Position numbers and translations under genes: made by a program. Shown piece after piece: positions 7,924-16,056 of a DNA stretch of 49,615 bases (position 1 is the stretch's first letter; each line of letters starts with the position of its first letter). Location of the stretch: assembly GCA_964630895.1 (NCBI GenBank), contig CAZVYE010000004.1, forward strand, positions 1-49,615. Reading direction: 5' to 3'. The DNA is from an uncultured Gammaproteobacteria bacterium. Its GTDB lineage: Bacteria; Pseudomonadota; Gammaproteobacteria; Xanthomonadales; SZUA-38. A model generated the notes under the pieces. It worked only from the letters and a program-made list of their open reading frames with translations. It was not told where the DNA came from and did no database searches.

Positions 7924-8975
7924 TGCGAATCCCGTAGATGTTTGCGGATGTTAGAGACTATTCGGCGCAGATACACTCCGGGTAATCGAGCGCTATGTGT
8001 TACCTGGTAGCGTTGGCGCATGTAAGCCGGGGAGGGTACGGCGTGGCGTATGTAAGTGGACAATGACTTCCATAGAGACGGCCTGGGCAAATCTGGCAGA
8101 GATTCGGAATGCTTTAATATTTTTTCCTTTAAGCGATCAATGAACTGACAAGAGTATTCAGTTTGTGTCATGGCAAGTGCACCAGAAATTGCAAGCGCAT
8201 GCTCCTTATATTGGAGGCGTTCCAAGAGCACATTTTCATCGGATTGGGCTATGCGATTGGTTAACAGGGCTAGATCGTTAAGCCAAACCAATCGTGGCGT
8301 CTCCTTATGGTGGTTGTATAGGTGCACAGCCGCGTGCAGGGTGGCATCAATCAGATCCAGTCTTCTGAGCCCGTTATCACCGAAGCATATGCTTCTTTCC
8401 CATGCCCCATGGTAGTTGATTACGTCACGGTCATGTCCATGGGTCAGAGTGCAATGCACATCAAGCCGCGTTGTAGCACCACCTGGTTCGTTCTTGTAGA
8501 AAAGCTGGGACCCAAAAGAAGTTAAATCTGCGACTTGAAGATTGGCGGAAAACCCCTGTGCAACAAGCATTTGTTCCCATTGATGCGCCTGGCCAGCGGT
8601 AACCCAGAGATCGATATCGGAAATCATTCGGTCCGTTGGCTTTGGATACAGCCAGGCACCCAGAGCCATGCCCTTCAACACAATTGCGGATAATTCGTTG
8701 TGTTCGGCAGCTGTTGCCAAGTTCGACAGGGCGCTACGTTGGCCCAAATAATAGGCGCGATATTTCCGCTGTGCTGCAGCCAGGGCTGATTGCCAGTTGG
8801 CAGGCACGTGCTCGACCTTAACCAAGGTCAAAACGCCTTCAGTCTGTAGGGCACATATCCAATCTTCCACGGATTCGTTGGTAAGTGCCAAAGCCTCAGC
8901 GCGTTGACGCACTTTTCGGGCGAGACGTCGCTCAAAATCATTCGCTTGGCTGGCTATATGAAGGTCGTCCTGCAA
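7920..8975 (-). CDS. Uncharacterised nucleotidyltransferase (NTP_transf_5-like), first gene of the lasso operon
   Basis: 351 aa. The motif VLKGMALGAWLYPKPTDRMISDIDLWV...GF matches the family pattern KG...Y...R..DiDlLv. The only in-frame start near the 5' end is TTG at 8975. Confidence 0.6.
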   Translation of the reverse strand: MQDDLHIASQANDFERRLARKVRQRAEALALTNESVEDWICALQTEGVLTLVKVEHVPANWQSALAAAQRKYRAYYLGQRSALSNLATAAEHNELSAIVLKGMALGAWLYPKPTDRMISDIDLWVTAGQAHQWEQMLVAQGFSANLQVADLTSFGSQLFYKNEPGGATTRLDVHCTLTHGHDRDVINYHGAWERSICFGDNGLRRLDLIDATLHAAVHLYNHHKETPRLVWLNDLALLTNRIAQSDENVLLERLQYKEHALAISGALAMTQTEYSCQFIDRLKEKILKHSESLPDLPRPSLWKSLSTYIRHAVPSPAYMRQRYQVTHSARLPGVYLRRIVSNIRKHLRDSH

Positions 8976-9106
8976 GTTTCGATCAAAATGTTGCTAAAGA
9001 TTTGCGCAGATTAACACTTCGTTACATGGTTTGGCCTATGCGTCGTACTCTTTTGCGATATTATAGGTCGTATCGTGGCCACAGTGGCTACCTAAGGAAC
9101 TAAGGC

Positions 9107-10810
9107 ATGTTATTGAGAGTTTTGGCAGGAGCATTTTGGCTCATCGCAGCAACGTCGGTTGTATCCCAGGCTGGCACAGCTGATAGCGTGGCAGCTAACT
9201 ACGAAAGCCAGCGTGTCACGGCTGGTCAAGCTGCTCGTGCAATGGTAGCTGACGGGTTCTCTGCGGCCATAGCGGTCCCTGCGGTGGTTCGAGCCTATCA
9301 GGACTGTGGTGCGACGGTAGATGCGATTCGGTCGACAGCAAAGTCTCATCCGGATCAAATGACTGCGGTGGTACAGGCAGTTTCCCGAATGGATAATTGT
9401 TTCTGTGGTGCGTCGGCAATGCGAACGGCTATCTGGACGAATCAGCCGCCCACCGGTCTGGCATCACAAAGGATCGAATTGCCGATGAACTGTGCATGCG
9501 CTGCAATCGCTGTCGAGGCGAGCAGTACGGCCGTGCCAATTGCGGTGAACGCAGTGGATTCGGCGATTGCCATGCTGCAACCGGCAGGACAATCGGTCGA
9601 TGCAGTGGTGTTGGGCCAGGACGGCAGCTTGTCAGCGGGACGCGAAGCACAGCGTTGCGAAGCTTCTTCCGCCGAAGCGTGGTCCGTGGGCACTCCAGCG
9701 ACACCCGGGTCTCATTCCGCTCAATGTAACGGATCCGAACTCCTGTTTTCAGAAGCAAGATTAGACGCCAAAGGCGAGGGCTATTTGGAAGTTTACAATC
9801 CATCGAGCGCGGACAAGAAGGATTTGCTGCGTGACCGATACGTGCTGGAAGTGACCATGCCCAATGCTGAGAGCCCAGCACGTCGCGTGGAACTGACAGG
9901 CGTCATTGAACCGGGTACGGCTGCCTTGATTAAAGTTGGCAACAACATGTCCAGTGCAGTTGAGCCGGTAGTAACTTCTGGTGCGCTACCGCCCATCGCA
10001 GGTGGCCAGGTGCGATTGCTTCGCGATGTTGGGCCGGATGAATGCGCCTGTTCAGAGTCGCTGGCTGGTGCAGTGTTACGGGGACTGTTGGAAGAGCAAA
10101 TAGAGAATGAAGTAGACGCAGACGCAGGAGAACTGGTCGAAGCATGGAATGCTCAGAGTTCTCGAACCATTGTTACCGGAATAGACGCGGCAAAAATTAA
10201 TCGTCGCTCGGAAACTGGTCAAACGCTATCAACGCGGGTCTTGCAGCGCGCGCAGGATGATTGTGGCAACCAACCACTTGCGATGTTTATGCGATTTGAC
10301 GATGACCGACTCAACCTGAAGGATCACGAAACCAATTGCCCGGACGAAGGTCAGGGGCGAGTTTTCATTTCGGAGGTTGCCTGGCGAGAAGATGGCCGCA
10401 TGGCTGTGGAGTTATTCAATCCGGGCGCTGAGGCAATTGATTTGGCCGCAGCGGGCATCATGATGGCCACTAGCGACGTGGAGATGAATGACAATGAAGA
10501 TGTCTCTGATCCCATTGCATTATTTGGCACAGTTGGTCCACGTGAGACTTTTGTTGTAGCCGATCAGGCTTTTGGAGCCAACCCAGCTAGCGTGGATGCT
10601 ACGCTGGATAATTTAAGTGTCGGTGGCCAGCCATCGGTCGCTTTGCGCCTTTATTCCGAGCAAAGTCCGCAGCGCTGTACATCGCCGGTGGCTGCTTTGT
10701 TTGCGACAGACCCCAGTAACTCCGTTTCTTTTGTTCCACTGCCAGAACCCCCAGGGCAAGATGATGATCCTGGCGGCACTCCTGTAGATGATGCCGTTAG
10801 TCCCAATTAA
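9107..10810 (+). CDS. Secreted Cys-rich protein with two lamin-tail-domain (LTD)-like modules
   Basis: It has a signal peptide (MLLRVLAGAFWLIAATSVVSQA). Two LTD-like cores are present: LLFSEARLDAKGEGYLEVYNPSS...DL and VFISEVAWREDGRMAVELFNPGAEAIDL. The tail is acidic and Pro-rich. AAGGAA lies upstream of the ATG. Confidence 0.5.
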   Translation: MLLRVLAGAFWLIAATSVVSQAGTADSVAANYESQRVTAGQAARAMVADGFSAAIAVPAVVRAYQDCGATVDAIRSTAKSHPDQMTAVVQAVSRMDNCFCGASAMRTAIWTNQPPTGLASQRIELPMNCACAAIAVEASSTAVPIAVNAVDSAIAMLQPAGQSVDAVVLGQDGSLSAGREAQRCEASSAEAWSVGTPATPGSHSAQCNGSELLFSEARLDAKGEGYLEVYNPSSADKKDLLRDRYVLEVTMPNAESPARRVELTGVIEPGTAALIKVGNNMSSAVEPVVTSGALPPIAGGQVRLLRDVGPDECACSESLAGAVLRGLLEEQIENEVDADAGELVEAWNAQSSRTIVTGIDAAKINRRSETGQTLSTRVLQRAQDDCGNQPLAMFMRFDDDRLNLKDHETNCPDEGQGRVFISEVAWREDGRMAVELFNPGAEAIDLAAAGIMMATSDVEMNDNEDVSDPIALFGTVGPRETFVVADQAFGANPASVDATLDNLSVGGQPSVALRLYSEQSPQRCTSPVAALFATDPSNSVSFVPLPEPPGQDDDPGGTPVDDAVSPN

Positions 10811-10819
10811 ACCTGTATA

Positions 10820-10858
10820 TTGCGCACGCAGTACTGCGGTGCGCAATTTGGCTTTTCT
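10820..10858 (+). terminator. Rho-independent terminator after the LTD-protein gene
   Basis: TTGCGCACGCAGTACTGCGGTGCGCAA forms a long, nearly perfect hairpin and is followed by TTTGGCTTTTCT. It starts 10 nt after the stop. Confidence 0.65.
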
Positions 10859-11008
10859 GTGGTAGCGACAAATATATAAAGCTCAACCTTCGGTTTAACG
10901 CTTAACATTCTGATTAATATTGTAAAACAATGTGCATATTTATCGTTCAGGATTTGAACGTTTGACTCGAAATACGGATAATCTGCTCATCAACATTTTC
11001 TGATAAAT

Positions 11009-11530
11009 ATGTCTGACACGAACACAGAAAATCGCTGGTACACCGTATTTTGCAAGCCAAGACAGGAGCGCCTTGCCAATACCCATTTGCAACGCCAAGG
11101 ATTCGCGACATTCCTGCCTGAAGCGTTTAACGCCAGCAGAAGATTAAGAAAAGAGGGGCAGCGAGTAGAACCGCTGTTTCCGCGGTACTTGTTTTTACAG
11201 GCTTGTCCCCATGCTACCAATCTGGCACCTGTTGCATACACTCGCGGCGTAAGCGGGATGGTTAGATTTGGTGGCAGGTTAAGTACGGTCCCGCGCGTGG
11301 TCATTGATCAGATTAAAGCTTTGACAGATAAAGAGACAGGTCTGGTTCGGCTGGATATAGCCAAGTTGCAGGCTGGTGACAAAGTAGAAGTTTGTGAAGG
11401 CCCATTTTCAGGCATAGAAGGCTTGGTCGCACAATTGTGCGGTGAAAGCAGGGCAATAATCTTGATGCAGTGGCTCGGGAGAGAGCACACCGTTTCAGTC
11501 GAGCGAAGTGCGCTTAGGCTAGCCATTTAG
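11009..11530 (+). CDS. rfaH: RfaH-type (NusG paralog) operon-specific transcription antiterminator
   Basis: 173 aa. RWYTVFCKPRQERLANTHLQRQGF...EPLFPRYLFL...TRGVSGMVRFGG matches the NGN domain, and the KOW-like C-terminus reads GDKVEVCEGPFSGIEGLV. The layout is co-linear with E. coli RfaH. Confidence 0.8.
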   Translation: MSDTNTENRWYTVFCKPRQERLANTHLQRQGFATFLPEAFNASRRLRKEGQRVEPLFPRYLFLQACPHATNLAPVAYTRGVSGMVRFGGRLSTVPRVVIDQIKALTDKETGLVRLDIAKLQAGDKVEVCEGPFSGIEGLVAQLCGESRAIILMQWLGREHTVSVERSALRLAI

Positions 11531-11585
11531 CAAAGTTGTACGACTCCGTTCGATCTTGTTTGCGAAATCCATTTGGTGATCGTAG

Positions 11586-11597
11586 GGCGGTAGCGTG
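11586..11597 (+). promoter_or_regulatory. ops (operon polarity suppressor) element, the RfaH recruitment site
   Basis: It reads GGCGGTAGCGTG on the coding-sense strand, identical to the 12-nt E. coli ops. It lies 56 nt after the rfaH stop and 35 nt before the likely start of the first EPS gene. Confidence 0.75.
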
Positions 11598-11631
11598 CTT
11601 TTTTGTTAGAAACTCTTCAATTCTCGCTATA

Positions 11632-11967
11632 TTGAACGAAACGCATTATCAGTTGTTAAAAGCGCTGGAGGGGTCACCCGATCTTTCCCAGCGTGATTTG
11701 GCTGAGCGCTTGGGAATCAGCGTGGGCAAAGTAAACTACTGTCTGAAAGCCCTGATGAATCGCGGGCTGGTCAAAATGAAAAATTTCAGCAAGAGCAAGC
11801 ATAAGTTTGGTTATGCCTACGTGTTAACCCCATCCGGGCTAAAAACCAAGGCGGAATTGGCACTGGACTTTCTAAGCAGAAAACGCGCTGAATACGAGCA
11901 TTTACAAAAAGAGATTTCTGAATTGGAAAAAGAAGTTAAGAGAAATGGCCCCTGTGCGCATTCCTAG
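11632..11967 (+). CDS. MarR-family EPS-associated transcriptional regulator (winged helix)
   Basis: NETHYQLLKALEGSPDLSQRDLAERLGISVGKVNYCLKALMNRGLVKMKNF...YAYVLTPSGL...EYEHLQKEI matches the roughly 110-aa EPS-locus MarR family. The track ORF starts at TTG 11536 but would then contain the ops. I prefer the in-frame TTG at 11632; this start is uncertain. Confidence 0.7.
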   Translation: MNETHYQLLKALEGSPDLSQRDLAERLGISVGKVNYCLKALMNRGLVKMKNFSKSKHKFGYAYVLTPSGLKTKAELALDFLSRKRAEYEHLQKEISELEKEVKRNGPCAHS

Positions 11968-13225
11968 CTTGGATTCGCTCTCCATCGTAGTAGTTGGCTT
12001 AGGTTATGTCGGATTGCCGCTGGCCGCAGCGTTCTCCCAAAGGCATCAAGTAATCGGCTATGACATTAATCAGTCACGTGTTGCCGAATTGAACGAAGGG
12101 ATCGATAAAACCCAAGAGGTTTCCTCCGAACAATTAGAGACGCTCGAGTTTTCTACCGACGCTTCCGTGATGGCAAGTGCGGATGTCATAATTGTTACGG
12201 TCCCAACGCCGGTAGATCGACACAATTATCCCGACCTGGCGCCCCTGGAAGCTGCGACTCAGACCGTTGCACGATATATGCGCAGTGACTCGGTGGTTAT
12301 CTTCGAATCGACCGTATACCCGGGCGCCACCGAAGAATTTTGCATCCCTATTTTGGAAAGTCTTTCGGGCCTGCGGTTAAACGAAGATTTTGCCTGCGGC
12401 TATAGCCCAGAGCGCATCAACCCTGGCGATAAAAAGCGCGGCTTGAAAGATATTGTCAAAGTCACTTCAGGATCTAGTGAAGCTGCTTCGGAGTTTATAG
12501 ATAGCCTATATAAACAGATAATTGAAGCCGGAACCTTTAAGGCAACCAGTATTCGGGTTGCAGAGGCTGCAAAGGCCATCGAAAACACCCAACGGGACGT
12601 CAATATCGCCCTGGTTAACGAGTTTGCGATGATGTTCAAACGCATGGGCATCGAATCGCGCGACGTGCTCGCAGCGGCGCAGTCCAAGTGGAACTTTCTG
12701 CCATTCAAGCCGGGCCTGGTTGGCGGCCACTGTATTGGAGTAGACCCGTACTACCTGATCCATAAAGCTCAAGAACATGGCTACCACCCAGAACTCATTC
12801 TCGCAGCGCGTCGCATAAACAGTGGTATGGCACGCTATGTAACTGATCAGATTCTGCGGCTTATGGCCCTTAAAGAAATCAACGTGGTGGGATCGCGCAT
12901 TCTGGTGCTGGGATTAGCCTTTAAAGAAAACTGCCCAGACCTGCGTAACACGCAGGTGGTACCAATTATCAAAGAACTCGAATCGTTTCACGCTAAAGTC
13001 GACGTCTTCGACCCCTGGGTCGACCCTGCGGAGGCCCATCAAGAATACGGTATTGAACTCATCGGAGAGCCGAAAGGACCATACGATGCAATTGTCTTGG
13101 CCGTGGCGCATGATGAGTTCGAGAATTTGTCAAATGGGACACTGCAAACTCTGCGCGGCGATCGCAGCATATTCTTCGATGTAAAGGGCAATATTGCCAC
13201 GGACTCTAGTGATGGTCGGCTCTAA
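11945..13225 (+). CDS. UDP-N-acetyl-hexosamine 6-dehydrogenase (TviB/WbpO/WecC-type nucleotide-sugar dehydrogenase)
   Basis: It has the Rossmann motif IVVVGLGYVGLPLAAAF, a catalytic region GGHCIGVDPYYL and a UDPG_MGDP_dh C-terminal domain. An alternative TTG start lies at 11969. Confidence 0.85.
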   Translation: MAPVRIPSLDSLSIVVVGLGYVGLPLAAAFSQRHQVIGYDINQSRVAELNEGIDKTQEVSSEQLETLEFSTDASVMASADVIIVTVPTPVDRHNYPDLAPLEAATQTVARYMRSDSVVIFESTVYPGATEEFCIPILESLSGLRLNEDFACGYSPERINPGDKKRGLKDIVKVTSGSSEAASEFIDSLYKQIIEAGTFKATSIRVAEAAKAIENTQRDVNIALVNEFAMMFKRMGIESRDVLAAAQSKWNFLPFKPGLVGGHCIGVDPYYLIHKAQEHGYHPELILAARRINSGMARYVTDQILRLMALKEINVVGSRILVLGLAFKENCPDLRNTQVVPIIKELESFHAKVDVFDPWVDPAEAHQEYGIELIGEPKGPYDAIVLAVAHDEFENLSNGTLQTLRGDRSIFFDVKGNIATDSSDGRL

Positions 13226-13246
13226 GGTGGCTGTTTTTCTACGCTA

Positions 13247-14989
13247 ATGTGTGGCATCGGTGGAGAATACGGATACCATTTTGCTGCGTCCAAGCCTGAT
13301 CAAGAGACACTTTGCCGACTGAGAGATGCAATGCAAGCCAGGGGACCAGATGCAGCCGGCTATTGGGAAGAGCCCAAATCCAAAATCTCTCTGGTCCACA
13401 GACGGCTAACAATTATAGATGTTGACGACCGTAGTAATCAGCCCATGGTTTCAACCTGTGGGCGGTATTCAATTTCATACAACGGCGAAATCTATAATTA
13501 TCGCGCATTGCGCAAAGCGCTTGAGCGAGATGGTGTACGTTTCCGCACTGAATCGGACACTGAAGTTGTATTGGCAATGTTTGCGCAGCATGGCACCAAG
13601 ATGTTCCAGCTATTGCGTGGTATGTATTCCCTTGCGATTTGGGACACGCAGACAAAACAGTTGCTACTTGCACGCGACCCATACGGCATCAAACCGCTGT
13701 ATTATTTCGACAGCGGATGGAGCATAACTTTTGCATCTTCCGCTAAAGCACTTGCGACACATTTGGGAATCTCAAACATTGAACCAGCGGGAGCGTGTGG
13801 GTTCTACATGCTGGGCAGCGTGCCGGAACCGTGGACGATCTACTCTGGAATTTTTTCCGTTCCTGCAGGCAGTTACATTCGTATAGATGCAACCGGTCTA
13901 CAGTCTCGGCAGTATTTTTTCCCCAGCACACTGTATTCAAGAGACCAATCATTCTCACTGAAGGATTTTAGATCGCACTTACACGAGTCGGTCGCAGCGC
14001 ATATGACGGCTGATGTCGAAGTAGGCGTATTTCTCTCTGCAGGTTTGGATTCAAGCATCATTGCCTTACTTGCTTCCCAAGTAACAGACAAACGCTTAAG
14101 CACTATTACGCTTGGATTTGAAGAATACTCAGCCACGTATGACGATGAGTTTCCAAATGCGAGCCGAACCGCGGAATTGTTAGCGTCAAATCACTGCGAG
14201 AGACTGGTTAGCAAGAGAGAGTTTTTGGAAGACCTGCCTCAAATTCAGGCTCATATGGACCAACCGACAATTGATGGTATTAACACATGGTTTGTATCCA
14301 AAGCCTGTGCAGAGCAGGGAATTAAAACTGCATTATCCGGTCTTGGCGGGGATGAATTTGGCGAAGGGTATCCTGCGTTTGACAACGTGAGTCGAGCGAG
14401 ACGACTAGCGAGATGGGTGCCGGGCAAGAGGCCATTGGGCCGACTGGTTCGCGCTCTACTGAAGCGAGTTGGAACGGGACTTCACCCAAAACGGTCTGCT
14501 GCGCTGGAATACGCTGATTCGGTCGCGCGACTGTGGTTTTTGCAGCGTGCGATATTCTTGCCGCACGAACTCAAAGAACTCATGCCGGCGACTACGTTCG
14601 AAGAAGGAATGTTTAAGCTCGAAATGCAATCCCACCTGAGTGTCAGGGGTGGAAGTGACGATATGCGCATTGCGGATCAAGTCGGTTGCTTAGAGTCTTC
14701 AATGTATATGAGTAATCAACTGCTGCGGGATTCGGACTGGGCATCGATGGCTCATTCAGTTGAAGTGCGTGTCCCATTTGTTGACTTACCGTTGCTCGAG
14801 CGTTGGTTGAGTGCAGGCAATCCGGTCGTTAAACAGGAATGGTTAGATGCATTTCCCGAGCTAAAACCAATCCTGGAGAATCGTGCAAAAACCGGGTTCA
14901 CAACACCACTCCAAACATGGAGATCACTGCCTGCGCCTTGGGCAAGAGCCTGGGCCCAGGAGGTACTGCCATTCGATACCTTGCACTGA
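13247..14989 (+). CDS. Asparagine synthetase B-type glutamine amidotransferase (EPS-associated)
   Basis: MCGIGG at the N-terminus supplies the Cys2 Ntn nucleophile. PP-loop VGVFLSAGLDSS is present. 580 aa. Confidence 0.85.
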   Translation: MCGIGGEYGYHFAASKPDQETLCRLRDAMQARGPDAAGYWEEPKSKISLVHRRLTIIDVDDRSNQPMVSTCGRYSISYNGEIYNYRALRKALERDGVRFRTESDTEVVLAMFAQHGTKMFQLLRGMYSLAIWDTQTKQLLLARDPYGIKPLYYFDSGWSITFASSAKALATHLGISNIEPAGACGFYMLGSVPEPWTIYSGIFSVPAGSYIRIDATGLQSRQYFFPSTLYSRDQSFSLKDFRSHLHESVAAHMTADVEVGVFLSAGLDSSIIALLASQVTDKRLSTITLGFEEYSATYDDEFPNASRTAELLASNHCERLVSKREFLEDLPQIQAHMDQPTIDGINTWFVSKACAEQGIKTALSGLGGDEFGEGYPAFDNVSRARRLARWVPGKRPLGRLVRALLKRVGTGLHPKRSAALEYADSVARLWFLQRAIFLPHELKELMPATTFEEGMFKLEMQSHLSVRGGSDDMRIADQVGCLESSMYMSNQLLRDSDWASMAHSVEVRVPFVDLPLLERWLSAGNPVVKQEWLDAFPELKPILENRAKTGFTTPLQTWRSLPAPWARAWAQEVLPFDTLH

Positions 14990-16056
14990 TGACCGAAGCA
15001 TTTGCGGCGCACGGCGGTATCCAGCAGTTTAACCGAGACTTTTTAACCGCGCTCGACAATAGCGGCCATAGTGGTGTGGTAATTGTTCGCAACGCGGCAA
15101 ACCAGACTGTTCAGGTTTTTAGCGACACGAAACAGATCAGAATGCGCAGCAAATTGGCGTATTCAATTCGATCAATCGCTGTGACCTACCAGTATAAGCC
15201 TGACATTCTTTTCTGTGGCCATATCAATTTGATGCCGATTGCGAAGTTGCTGGGTCGCATATTCAATATTCCTATTTGGTTTCATGGACACGGCATTGAA
15301 ATTTGGGAATTGACGAAAATACAAAGGAAGTCATTGGGTTCAGCGAAGCTCCTAACTGCAGTATCTCGCTACTCAATGCAGCAACTCCGATCCCAGATGC
15401 CCAGCGCGTATCGATACCAGTTCGCGGTACTTCCAAACACCGTCAGGGCGGAGTTTCGACCAAGTACAAAGACACAATCGTGCCACCGCGGCCAAACAAG
15501 CATCCGTTTGCTTATCGTTGGTCGACTCAACAGCATGGAGCGCTACAAAGGTCACGACTGGCTGATCAACAACCTGGGATCATTAAGAGATCGGGTGGGA
15601 GATGTTCAATTGACCATCGTAGGCGATGGCGATGACAAGCAACGGTTGCAGTTTTTAACCAAGCAGCTCGGACTTTCGGATTGGGTCAACTTCATGGGTC
15701 AAGTAGATGAACAGCAGCTTCAAGAAGCGCTATTTGCGAGCGACTTGTTCGTAATGCCGAGCACCGGGGAGGGGTTTGGGATTGTTTATCTGGAAGCGAT
15801 GTCTGCAGGATTGCCCGCTATTGGCCTGGTAGACAAAGGAAGCCGTGATCCGCTGGAAGCCGAGCCTATGGGGGCGGCGTACGATCAGTCAGAACTCTTT
15901 GACAAACTGGTCGAAAGAATCCAGGCAATTCGAAATGGAAATGTAACTACCCAGCAGGGTGTTCAAGTATTTACCCGTGCCAACTTTGATGCGTTCGTAG
16001 GGGCTTTGGCCTCGCGTTTCTCCCCAGAACAGCCGGATGAGCAATGCATAAACTGA
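14989..16056 (+). CDS. Glycosyltransferase family 4 (GT-B)
   Basis: FVMPSTGEGFGIVYLEAMSAGLPAIG is the E-x7-E region. I take the start at ATG 14989, which overlaps the upstream TGA (TGATGA). The track's 14839 start would overlap asnB by 150 nt. Confidence 0.75.
   Translation: MTEAFAAHGGIQQFNRDFLTALDNSGHSGVVIVRNAANQTVQVFSDTKQIRMRSKLAYSIRSIAVTYQYKPDILFCGHINLMPIAKLLGRIFNIPIWFHGHGIEIWELTKIQRKSLGSAKLLTAVSRYSMQQLRSQMPSAYRYQFAVLPNTVRAEFRPSTKTQSCHRGQTSIRLLIVGRLNSMERYKGHDWLINNLGSLRDRVGDVQLTIVGDGDDKQRLQFLTKQLGLSDWVNFMGQVDEQQLQEALFASDLFVMPSTGEGFGIVYLEAMSAGLPAIGLVDKGSRDPLEAEPMGAAYDQSELFDKLVERIQAIRNGNVTTQQGVQVFTRANFDAFVGALASRFSPEQPDEQCIN

Noticed and set aside
10730-10810. A PEP-CTERM-like string (VPLPEPP) near the C-terminus of the LTD protein, considered as an exosortase sorting signal
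   Set aside because: No hydrophobic TM segment or Arg-rich tail follows it; the tail is acidic and Pro-rich. No exosortase gene is visible in the window.
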